Below are positions 24,801 to 32,715 of a stretch of 64,000 nucleotides of DNA, in pieces. The notes beneath the pieces were generated by a model that worked only from the letters and a program-made list of their open reading frames with translations, had not been told where the DNA came from and made no database searches. The first letter of the stretch is position 1; each line of letters opens with the position of its first letter. The position numbers and the translations under genes are program-made. The DNA lies in assembly GCA_002404835.1 (NCBI GenBank), contig DHKM01000035.1, forward strand, positions 32,921 through 96,920. Direction: 5' to 3'. This stretch comes from Bacillales bacterium UBA4694. Lineage in GTDB: Bacteria; Bacillota_I; Bacilli_A; RFN20; CAG-288.

Positions 24801-27602
24801 GAAATCCTCTCTCCGATGCTGATTCAGAACAAGGACACGATGGAGGAGGAAGATATCCTCAAAGCCATCGATGCTGCCGAAGAATACAACGAACTTAGAA
24901 ACAATGCGATGCGGTATAAGTTCGTTCTCTCGGATTTCTTCCAGTCTTCCGTCTTGGATGATTTGAAGAACTTTGAGGCCTATCAGAGAATTCTAGGTAA
25001 CACACAGAAACTCTATGATGCTCTCTACCATAATGACATGAGACTATTCGACAGGATCTATACGGTACTTACCGGAATCAATCCAATCCAGAAGGCAGGC
25101 TTGTATCGGGAATATGATTCTTTCCGGGCCGAACTGGATTCCTTCAATCAGGAACTCGAACAGATAGTCAAAGAGTATCCGATGGATTTTTCTTCCATGA
25201 AAAACATGGATTTCTTCAAATCCTATGAAGGACTATTCAGATTGTTTGCTGATGACGAAGGCCAATACAAGATCGACCAGTACACGAAACTTCTGAAGGA
25301 CTTCGATGATTTGAATTCTCTCGGACTTCAGGATTTTGTCCTTTCCATCCAGAAAGGAGAGATTCCGGTTTTGGAAATCGAGCGGACATTCGAACATATT
25401 CTCTGTCATTCTTTTGTGGTGACGAGTTTTGTCATGGATGATGAGAACAACGACTTCGATTCCAAATCCTATGAAGAGAAAATCAAAGATTATCAGGATC
25501 TGATCAGACGATACAACAGCCTTTGCATCGGCGAGACCATTGAGCGGATTACGGACAAATTCCAGGATCCAGAACTCAAGAGGTCGTCTACTACACCGGT
25601 GGGGGCTTTAAGGAAAATCGTCATGAATTCGGGTAAAGGCATATCCATCCGCAATGTCCTCTTCCGCTTCGAGGATCTGATTCGGATGTATTTCCCATGT
25701 TTCTTGATGTCACCTTTGGCAGCTGCTCAGTATCTGGATGTCAATTCAAAGAAATTCGATATCGTCATTTTCGACGAAGCCAGCCAGATTCCGACTTCCG
25801 AAGCCGTGGGTCCGATTGCCAGAGGAAACTCTCTTATTGTTGCCGGCGATCCCCAGCAGATGCCTCCTTCCAACTATTTTGCTGTCGGAATGAAGTCGGA
25901 CGATGAGACTCAGGACGATATGGCCCTCTATCAGGATGCCGAGTCCCTTCTTGATGACTGCATCGCCATCGACATGCCTCGGATCCGTCTTGCTTTCCAC
26001 TATCGATCCAAGCATGAATCCTTGATCCAGTTCTCCAATATGAACTTCTATGGTGGAGATCTTTTCACTTTCCCGTCCAGGGACAATCTTGCTTCGCATA
26101 TCTCCTTTGTCCATGTAAACGGGGACGGAAAGAAGAAGGGCAGCGATATTTCTTCCGAGGAAGTCCAGACGATTCTCCATATTCTTTCCGATATCCTGGA
26201 TAATCCCAAGACGCAGAAGAAGTCTATAGGCATCATCGTCTTCAATTCCAATCAGCAGGAGAAACTTGAGGAGGAAGTGGATGCTTTCCTCAATCGGAAC
26301 CAGAACTATCTTGCCTTGACGCATTGGAATGAAGAGGATTCCACGAAGAAACTCTTTGTGAAGAATCTCGAGAATGTCCAGGGCGATGAAAGGGATATCA
26401 TCATTATGTCCGTCGGTTTTGCCAAAGGAAACGACGGAAAGGCTTTGATCAACGGACCTTTGAGTCTGCCAAAAGGGGAGAGAAGGCTCAATGTCGCTGC
26501 CAGTAGAAGTATCGAGCAGATGATCGTCGTTTCGACTATCTATGCCAGCGATATCGATGAGACGGGAAGGAAGAATCTCGGTGCCAAGAATCTGAAGGAT
26601 TTCCTTCTCTTCAGTCAGAACTGCAAAGAATTTGCCTTCAATGCCTCCAACGATTCGCCGAACAAGGATCTTGCCTATTTCATCAGCAAGGAACTCAAGG
26701 ACAAAGGATATGACTGTGATGTGGCTGTCGGTTCAAGCGAATTCAAGGTCGATCTTGCCGTCAGGAAGAAGGGGCAGAACGATTATCTTCTTGGAATCCT
26801 TCTCGATGAGAAGCCGCTCAATCCCAATGTCTCCTGCCGTGATCGTTTCTATGTGGAGCCGGTCATATTGAAAAATCTCGGCTGGAGGATCGTCCGTGTT
26901 TATACCGTTTCTTTCCTAAGATATCGGCAGCGGACGATCAAGAAGCTTATCGAGATGGTGGAATCCATTCAGGACGAGAGCCAGACGGAAGAGACTCTTT
27001 ATGTTCCTCCGGTCCTTACCGAACATCATGTCACAAGTCAGGACTATGGAATCGTCCCTTATGAACCTTATGAGTTTGTTCCGGATTCTCCTCTTGTCGG
27101 AGATCTTGATCCGGAGGAATACTATTCCGGACTTTCCCAGTTCCTTTCTGAGCTCATCAAAAAAGAGTATCCGATATCAGAAGACCGGATACTCGAACTT
27201 TCCAAGAAGAAAATGGGCCTAAGCAGGCTCAGCCAGAGGAATGTTCAGACCATTCTTGCCCATATCAGGATGCTGAAACCTGTTGAGACAAAGGATCTCG
27301 AGGACAAGACGTTCTACTGGCCTAATGGCTGTGAACTTGCCGTGAAGAATTTCCGTTCTTCCGACCGCGATATTCTCGATATCAGCAAGGAGGAATTCCT
27401 CCCGTTGATCAACAACATCATTCGCATCTACAAGGATATCGACAAAGAAGAACTGATACGTGTCCTGGCTTTACAAATGTCCATCACCAGCATCAATTCG
27501 AAGGTGAGAAGGAAGCTGGAGTATGTGATCCATACCCTCAAAGAAGAGGGAAAGCTGGAAACTGGATATCATGAGCTTTCCGGCTACTTGATGAATTCGT
27601 AA
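21807..27602 (+). CDS. 1931-aa Upf1/DNA2-like SF1 helicase with N-terminal transglutaminase-like core, PD-(D/E)xK-like nuclease module and long C-terminal domain (DUF4011/DUF3320-type architecture)
   Basis: Start placed at ATG 21807 (GGAGGG 6 nt upstream). The GTG 21648 extension is hydrophobic junk-like. Motifs: LDGPPGTGKSQT, FDIVIFDEASQI, IVAGDPQQMPP, HYRSKHESLIQFSN, VQGDERDIIIMSVGF, RLNVAASRS. Nuclease-like EFKVDLAV...GILLDEKP. N-terminal GTCLDLAILF...LTDGHAF. Confidence 0.9.
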   Translation: MVDKQYIRINVSVGKSFSYLEYHTDSIIKASSTDIYYTEYSLIRKIEIDNQFDEDYENLLVHMEFSNEIFSSADFCTGKIPARKKTIVKVDPKIRVDEKSLYRQNGVSTSTIFISLRNPKDNAELSSLTKTIKVLPLTQASDEVSKTPLLFAKYCITSFPQLVRLQLAANKEKSLLSGVEHSDIVGYQNSSVNDIVNEVSCIYRAVHNSCDITYSNPPNSSEAVQNVRLPGTVLKTTLGTCLDLAILFSSCLLQVGLHPILVLTDGHAFCGCFLHEYDSFSGLLETKPNVVYSEAVGEQKSLILFECTTATNSFSVPFSEAMKIGQENLRAYRGSFAAIDVYRSQQSVFKPIPIPDDQGIVDFKVPFVKLNPEELEDINEYQGTPIPESDTNDRFATWEKKLLDLSNSNKLVNFRFSRDKSNYSLVIPPNGKGKEVYEFLKEKDGSFSLLPFLSSTMDKMAFDAAESKRKENTLLSTADCKVMKNLIRKDNESREETGSPTLYLSIGLLKGSDTSGKYTREIMAPFLLLPVKITKDRYGEKFKVTYDIEEMMVNKTFFEYYKMKKGTDYDNLYSVSSHNDFDDILATLRSNHSGDIQVDENVCFFANFLFTHMVMWQDIVDRQDVLKKNVIIHSLLENRSFVNDEPLTVDNADELDHMIDFAAPLPYDSTQLRAIRECAKGNSFILDGPPGTGKSQTIVNMIVNAFYHGKTVLFVAEKQAALEVVRQRLATLGLDQFALQLYSSKTNKQAFFSQLQKAMDYGKKSSEEDFGKTCEDIEEDKRYINDELRRLHSHKKHFYSLYEAITKELATNDIKNTMVFSPEFLSSYNSEINQRVRNDLHHIVKTMKEFDKSEEEVYLSSIQFRHYTYQDQTKTSAIFSRLLSSLNRLKEKYGYFISQLNVEFTPTFNNIQYVAELLSILRENEVRIDCFAKADASSYLKDVKESMLQIESFARLENSLLGQYDVTKIPLVDGKKARTAYSKGTNIFNRKKARKNALEILSPMLIQNKDTMEEEDILKAIDAAEEYNELRNNAMRYKFVLSDFFQSSVLDDLKNFEAYQRILGNTQKLYDALYHNDMRLFDRIYTVLTGINPIQKAGLYREYDSFRAELDSFNQELEQIVKEYPMDFSSMKNMDFFKSYEGLFRLFADDEGQYKIDQYTKLLKDFDDLNSLGLQDFVLSIQKGEIPVLEIERTFEHILCHSFVVTSFVMDDENNDFDSKSYEEKIKDYQDLIRRYNSLCIGETIERITDKFQDPELKRSSTTPVGALRKIVMNSGKGISIRNVLFRFEDLIRMYFPCFLMSPLAAAQYLDVNSKKFDIVIFDEASQIPTSEAVGPIARGNSLIVAGDPQQMPPSNYFAVGMKSDDETQDDMALYQDAESLLDDCIAIDMPRIRLAFHYRSKHESLIQFSNMNFYGGDLFTFPSRDNLASHISFVHVNGDGKKKGSDISSEEVQTILHILSDILDNPKTQKKSIGIIVFNSNQQEKLEEEVDAFLNRNQNYLALTHWNEEDSTKKLFVKNLENVQGDERDIIIMSVGFAKGNDGKALINGPLSLPKGERRLNVAASRSIEQMIVVSTIYASDIDETGRKNLGAKNLKDFLLFSQNCKEFAFNASNDSPNKDLAYFISKELKDKGYDCDVAVGSSEFKVDLAVRKKGQNDYLLGILLDEKPLNPNVSCRDRFYVEPVILKNLGWRIVRVYTVSFLRYRQRTIKKLIEMVESIQDESQTEETLYVPPVLTEHHVTSQDYGIVPYEPYEFVPDSPLVGDLDPEEYYSGLSQFLSELIKKEYPISEDRILELSKKKMGLSRLSQRNVQTILAHIRMLKPVETKDLEDKTFYWPNGCELAVKNFRSSDRDILDISKEEFLPLINNIIRIYKDIDKEELIRVLALQMSITSINSKVRRKLEYVIHTLKEEGKLETGYHELSGYLMNS

Positions 27603-28864
27603 TCGATAGGATTTTCATCCACATTCCACTGGGAATCGAAATGAGAGATTTCCTTTCCCTGTGTGATGTGGATTTTTGCGTTGTCGGAATACCAGAGAAT
27701 CATTCCCTGTACTGTCTTTGCAGTGGATGGAAGATAGATGTCTGTAAGGGAACTGCATAACGAGAAGGCTTCTTCCTGAATGATTTTGATATTGTCAGGC
27801 AGTTTCAGTTTTTTAAGGCTCAGGCATCCGGAGAAGGCTTTTTTCTGGATTTCGATGATGGTTGATGCTAACTGGATTGACTCTAGATGAATGCAGTTCC
27901 GGAAAGCGGATTCTCCGATTTTCTGTATTCCTTCTTCCAGAAATACTGTTTTAATCTGATGGTTGTTAAGGAAGGCATCTTTTCCTATTTCTAAAATGTA
28001 GTATGTTGAGTCGTTGTAGTGGATGCTGGATGGTATCATGATGTCTAATGTGCTTTCGACTGCCTTTCTTACGATGGCATTATGGCCTTTTATCTCATAG
28101 AATAGATTGTCTACTTGAATCATATCCGATGTTTTTTCTTCTTTGATGATAGGTACTTCTTCTTCCGACGCTTCTTCTTTCTTTACGACCGGATCGATTG
28201 TGACCGGTTCGACGACGGGTATGACTTTTTTTATTGGATTCTTTTCCTCTTTTTTCTCTTCTTTATAAGAATAGTCGAAGTTCAGTTTCGGAGCTTTATA
28301 TTGGGCGTGAAAATCTTTTTCATGATAGATGTATTTTTGGCTTGTGAGCTCGCTTTTTCCTTTTTTGGAGACATAGTGGGCATAGACGATATAGGTGATT
28401 TCTTCTTTGTCTTCCTTTCTCTGGAAATAGGAGGAAAGCATGTCGGATTCCAACTTCCGGTATTTCTTTTCCTTGATTTTTGTCTGACGAATCGTGTCAA
28501 TCGGTGTTTTGGTATTCTGAACGGTTTCGTCGAAGAGTTGGACGTATTTTCTGTAATAGTAGAGATTAGTCTTCCTCCTGATGGTCTTTTCCTGGAGTTC
28601 TTTGAGTCTGGATTTCAATATCTTGTCAGGATCGAACCCGGTTACGCTTTTTCTGGCTTTGTATTCTACCCTTTCCCTCATGGTATGGTTATAGGATATA
28701 TCCCAGGAAGGGAATCTGTTGTTGAGTTCTTCCAGCTTTTTAATGATGAGTGAGGTGTTTTTGACTTTTTTCTGTCTTTGCTTCTTTAACTCACAATAGA
28801 GGATGAAAAAGAGGATGAGACAGAAGATGATGATGACAAATATACAGCTTATGATATTGGACAT
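27584..28864 (-). CDS. N-terminally membrane-anchored protein with C-terminal BspA-type leucine-rich repeats (LRR_5-like)
   Basis: TM IISCIFVIIIFCLILFFILY is followed by KKQRQKKVK, then a K/E-rich middle region. C-terminal repeats: ILEIGKDAFLNNHQIKTVFLEEGIQKIGESAFRNCIHLESIQLASTIIEIQKKAFSGCLSLKKLKLPDNIKIIQEEAFSLCSSLTDIYLP. The 3' end overlaps the helicase 3' end by 19 nt. Confidence 0.8.
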   Translation of the reverse strand: MSNIISCIFVIIIFCLILFFILYCELKKQRQKKVKNTSLIIKKLEELNNRFPSWDISYNHTMRERVEYKARKSVTGFDPDKILKSRLKELQEKTIRRKTNLYYYRKYVQLFDETVQNTKTPIDTIRQTKIKEKKYRKLESDMLSSYFQRKEDKEEITYIVYAHYVSKKGKSELTSQKYIYHEKDFHAQYKAPKLNFDYSYKEEKKEEKNPIKKVIPVVEPVTIDPVVKKEEASEEEVPIIKEEKTSDMIQVDNLFYEIKGHNAIVRKAVESTLDIMIPSSIHYNDSTYYILEIGKDAFLNNHQIKTVFLEEGIQKIGESAFRNCIHLESIQLASTIIEIQKKAFSGCLSLKKLKLPDNIKIIQEEAFSLCSSLTDIYLPSTAKTVQGMILWYSDNAKIHITQGKEISHFDSQWNVDENPIDYEFIK

Positions 28865-29023
28865 GACCTTGACCTCGGTTTAGTTTACCATAAAGTGATA
28901 ATCCTAATAGTGTTTTAAATGGATTTTCTTTTCGTTTTATGCCTGTTTCTATGTGTTTTGTTTTCTTTAGAATGTCGGATTTGCTAAAATGAAGACTATC
29001 CGTATTTTTGAAAGGATAATAAT

Positions 29024-31258
29024 ATGAGAAAAACTAGAATTCTTTCTCTTTTTCTTCTTCTTGCCTTGATCTCGTCTTGCCGGAATAACTCTGCTTCGGT
29101 TTCTCCAACCAGTCCTTCTGCTATTTCAAAGAATTCCCAGACAGGAGGTAGTCATCCTTCTTCTACTTCCCATTCTTCATCTGTTTCTTCTTCGTCCTCT
29201 CCTTCTGTTTTGACTCAAGAACTGATTCAGGATACTTTGTCCCGGATGAAGCAGGGCAACTTTACTTTGGAGTATGATATCGGCTCGAATCATTTTAAGG
29301 ATGTTCTCACCGACCGCTATTTCTATACGGGATATATCAATACGGGTTCTGTTCTTCTTAGGACTTTTTCCGATACTCCTATCAGCTATGATTTTCAGTT
29401 AGTGGATGATGGAAACGATATCGAATTGAAAGGACAGACGTTCAATTCGGAACAGACGGCGCAGGGTCTTACGGATATTTCATACGCAAACAAACTGAAG
29501 AATCTCGATGTTACGGATATTGAGACGTTCCAGGAGGGCAACGTTTTCAAGGTCATGGATTCCGACGTAGTGAATGCTCTTGCGAATCAGCTGGATTTCA
29601 ATGGTTCTCTTGTCCGTGCGGATTTCTACATGGAGAATGGTAAAATCGTCTTCGAGCTGAAGGATTTCGATTCGACGACCAACAAATATTTCACGCCAGA
29701 GGGTGGGAAGGTCACGATTTCCGACGTTGGCTCTTCTTCTTTGGAAGCCATGGAGAATTTTTTGGCGAGCTATAAAAGACCGACTGAGAATCTTGTCTCT
29801 AAGGCAGACAATCTTTTCGGGAATGTTTACTTCGAGTCCGCAGTCTACGATTACACTCTTGATTATAACCGTGCGGATCTGAAAGGATATTCCAATCTCG
29901 AGATTTATCAGGATTTTATCCGAAAAACGGAAATCAACGATGAAGGAATTCCTTATATTGAAACGTATCATAAAAACTCGGATAATACACTGAATGTTGT
30001 TGGTGTTAATGCCAGAAATGAAGTTGTTGATAGAAAGACAACTAAAACATTTGACGATTTTCGACTTGTTGGAAAAGACGGATTTGAATTGAATTTGTTC
30101 TGCAAAATCAGAGAGGATGATGAGTATTATCTTTATTTGGGAAGTGATGCGAAAAAACTTGCTTATAGTATTACCCAGAGTTCTATTTTTTCCAAATATC
30201 CTTGTTTGAAGATACAGGCTAAAGTCAGTGAAGGAAAGGTGACTGAACTTCATTTCTATACGGGTGTTATGCAGGATCGGGACACCGGTGAGTATTTTTT
30301 CTATCGTATTGATACTATGGTTCATGAAGCGAATGTCATCGAACCACCAACTAAGAAAATACCTTCCAAAGACGATTCTAAGATCAAGGGATATCTATCC
30401 AATCTGAACCAAAACGACAGCGTATTTAAAGTGACTGTCGAGGATTCGGCATGGGAAGGAAATGCCAAGACGGAATATTTGAAGGGAAAAGATTTCTATA
30501 TCAAAAAGGATTATGCAAAATCGGGTGAGAATATGAACCCGACCCTTATCCGCGGATACTATAAGAAGAATGGGAAAATCTATCCGTTCTCTTATGATTA
30601 TGAGGAAAAGGTAGAACTTTCCGGTGCTTATGAGGAAAGGGAACTTAAGGACATTGTCGGATTTTCTCTCTCTTCGGAAGTTCTTTCCCTGGAAGGAGAC
30701 AAGATTTCGACTACAGGCGACATTCTTGATCTGGGAAAATCCATTGCTTTTTCTTCCTATCCGGATTATCTGGACCCGACTTCCTTTGTAATGAATGTTA
30801 CCAACGGAAGAATTTCCAACTTGTCCTATGAATATGGTGGGAGCGGATTCAGTGGAAACGAAACCTTCGCTTTCGATTATTCTGATGTGACGATGGATTC
30901 TTCTCTTAAATCATCCTTGGATGAGAAAATCAATGCTCTTCCTCAAAAACTTACATGGGAAGCCAACAACAAATCCATGTATGAGGAAATGGTTGATTAT
31001 TTCGGTGAGGAATTTGCAAGCAAGATTCCGTATCTGAACACCAACCTGGTTTTTGATCATGGAATGGATGATGGAATCTATTTTGGAGTTTATATTTCTT
31101 CAGCCGACATCGGAGATTATATTACCCGGTACAAGGCTTATCTTCTGACTCTTGGATATACGAGCAATGATGATACGACTTTTGTTAATGAAAAAGATAA
31201 AGTAAAACTTGTGGTTTCGACAGACAAGGATGAGTTCTTATCCATTTACAAGCTTTGA
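29024..31258 (+). CDS. surface lipoprotein (744 aa), paralog of 8950-11445
   Basis: SD AAAGGA. MRKTRILSLFLLLALISSC is a signal peptide plus lipobox, followed by a Ser-rich linker. Shared landmarks with 8950-11445 are listed there. Confidence 0.85.
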   Translation: MRKTRILSLFLLLALISSCRNNSASVSPTSPSAISKNSQTGGSHPSSTSHSSSVSSSSSPSVLTQELIQDTLSRMKQGNFTLEYDIGSNHFKDVLTDRYFYTGYINTGSVLLRTFSDTPISYDFQLVDDGNDIELKGQTFNSEQTAQGLTDISYANKLKNLDVTDIETFQEGNVFKVMDSDVVNALANQLDFNGSLVRADFYMENGKIVFELKDFDSTTNKYFTPEGGKVTISDVGSSSLEAMENFLASYKRPTENLVSKADNLFGNVYFESAVYDYTLDYNRADLKGYSNLEIYQDFIRKTEINDEGIPYIETYHKNSDNTLNVVGVNARNEVVDRKTTKTFDDFRLVGKDGFELNLFCKIREDDEYYLYLGSDAKKLAYSITQSSIFSKYPCLKIQAKVSEGKVTELHFYTGVMQDRDTGEYFFYRIDTMVHEANVIEPPTKKIPSKDDSKIKGYLSNLNQNDSVFKVTVEDSAWEGNAKTEYLKGKDFYIKKDYAKSGENMNPTLIRGYYKKNGKIYPFSYDYEEKVELSGAYEERELKDIVGFSLSSEVLSLEGDKISTTGDILDLGKSIAFSSYPDYLDPTSFVMNVTNGRISNLSYEYGGSGFSGNETFAFDYSDVTMDSSLKSSLDEKINALPQKLTWEANNKSMYEEMVDYFGEEFASKIPYLNTNLVFDHGMDDGIYFGVYISSADIGDYITRYKAYLLTLGYTSNDDTTFVNEKDKVKLVVSTDKDEFLSIYKL

Positions 31259-31274
31259 TCGGAGGAAAATTCAA

Positions 31275-31943
31275 ATGAGAAAAGAAATCGATATGGAGAC
31301 TTACCCTAAAAGAAACCAATACCGGTGGTTTTCGACTTTTCAGGATCCGACTTATGGTTTTGATGTCGATATCGATGTCAATGACCTTGTTCTTCTGACG
31401 AAGAAAAGAAAGCAGTCTTTCTTCATTTATTTCTATTACATCATTCTCCGTGCCATCGACAGAGTCGATGAGATGAAGATGAGGGAAGTGAACGGGAAGG
31501 TTTATCTCTATGATACGATCAATCCCACCATGACGGTTATGACCGATTATGGTATTTATCAGAATGCGGGGACTGAAATGGAATGGGATTTCAAGAAATT
31601 CTATAAAAAACTCCGGTCTGTGATCGATGAAGCCAAGCATCTACCACCGAGCGATGATCTTGATCGCTATCCGGTCTGTTCCAGGCCCGATTGCCTTTAT
31701 ACGACCTGTATTCCGATTCTATCCATCAAGTCGATGACACACCCGACTCCCAGCGGAAATCGTGACTCACTGTCTGTTCCCAGAATCTGCTTCGACAGAT
31801 ACGAAATCAAACAGGATGGGAGATATCATCTGACATTGAACATTACGGTTTCCCACACATTGGTCGATGGATTCCCACTTGCCAGGTGTTTCAACTATAT
31901 CAAAGCGGATTGTAAGAAAGTCGACGAGATTTTCAAGGAATAA
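31275..31943 (+). CDS. chloramphenicol acetyltransferase (type A CAT) family protein
   Basis: Start moved to ATG 31275 (GGAGGA 8 nt upstream). METYPKRNQYRWF..., ...INPTMTV..., and LNITVSHTLVDGFPLARCF correspond to the CAT ..VHHAVCDGFH.. catalytic segment, with the catalytic His retained. Confidence 0.7.
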   Translation: MRKEIDMETYPKRNQYRWFSTFQDPTYGFDVDIDVNDLVLLTKKRKQSFFIYFYYIILRAIDRVDEMKMREVNGKVYLYDTINPTMTVMTDYGIYQNAGTEMEWDFKKFYKKLRSVIDEAKHLPPSDDLDRYPVCSRPDCLYTTCIPILSIKSMTHPTPSGNRDSLSVPRICFDRYEIKQDGRYHLTLNITVSHTLVDGFPLARCFNYIKADCKKVDEIFKE

Positions 31944-31946
31944 GAA

Positions 31947-31982
31947 AAAGGACGGAAAACATAACTTGTCTTTCCGTCCTTT
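31947..31982. terminator. bidirectional intrinsic terminator
   Basis: 12-bp stem aaaggacggaaa / tttccgtccttt with a 12-nt loop, between convergent genes. Confidence 0.8.
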
Positions 31983-31986
31983 TCCT

Positions 31987-32490
31987 TTATCTATTTTTAA
32001 GGGTCACTTTTTTCCCGTCGAAACGATAGCCGTAGTCCAATGCAGAATAAGTATAGATGTTTCCGATTTGGAATTCTTCGCCATGGATAAAGAAGAAGAA
32101 TGTCTTATCGTCTCCTGCTTCAAAATAGTATTCCAAATTTGTGAACCGGACGGAGAAATTCATCGAATGACTGCCATCATCGTTCTTTGTCAAATCTTTC
32201 TTCCGGAATTGGAAAAGAATGTTTTCTTTGTAGGAGGAGGACATTGCGGGATTGCTATCTACGATAGAGAAAAGGGTGTTTTCTTGAATGGGGGCTTCTT
32301 TTTCGCTATAGAATGTCCCTTTTAGTTCGTAACCAGGTGTGATTATAGATGACAGTTTGAAATCGACGCCGATCCGGTCGTTTTCCTTGTTGCCATCTCC
32401 GTAGCCGAACTGGATTTCGTAGTTTCTTACCGAGTCGCAACTCGACAGCAGGATTGAAGTGAGAAAGAGATAAATATATTTTCTTTTCAT
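31987..32490 (-). CDS. small lipoprotein (167 aa), unknown function
   Basis: SD AAGGAG. MKRKYIYLFLTSILLSSC is a signal peptide plus lipobox. Confidence 0.8.
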   Translation of the reverse strand: MKRKYIYLFLTSILLSSCDSVRNYEIQFGYGDGNKENDRIGVDFKLSSIITPGYELKGTFYSEKEAPIQENTLFSIVDSNPAMSSSYKENILFQFRKKDLTKNDDGSHSMNFSVRFTNLEYYFEAGDDKTFFFFIHGEEFQIGNIYTYSALDYGYRFDGKKVTLKNR

Positions 32491-32715
32491 AGGTTTCTCC
32501 TTATTCCATTATAACATTGGCTTCTTTGTCCTGGTATGTTGTTTGTGTTTTTTATTTCGCTGTTCTTTGTTTCGATTCTTGCTTATTTTTCCTATGCAGC
32601 AGTTCTTAGGGTTTCGAAAAGTTCATCTTTTCAGTCACTATTTTGAGATGAAAATTATGGAATTTGAATTGAATTTTCGAAGACTGGTGTATAATCATGG
32701 AAAAAGAGGGAACTT

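Noticed and set aside
31209-31274. The ORF-track start of the CAT-like gene at 31209, overlapping the lipoprotein 3' end by 50 nt.
   Set aside because: The in-frame ATG 31275 has a GGAGGA SD and gives a protein that begins where CAT family proteins begin. The extension (MWFRQTRMSSYPFTSFDRRKIQ) has no support.
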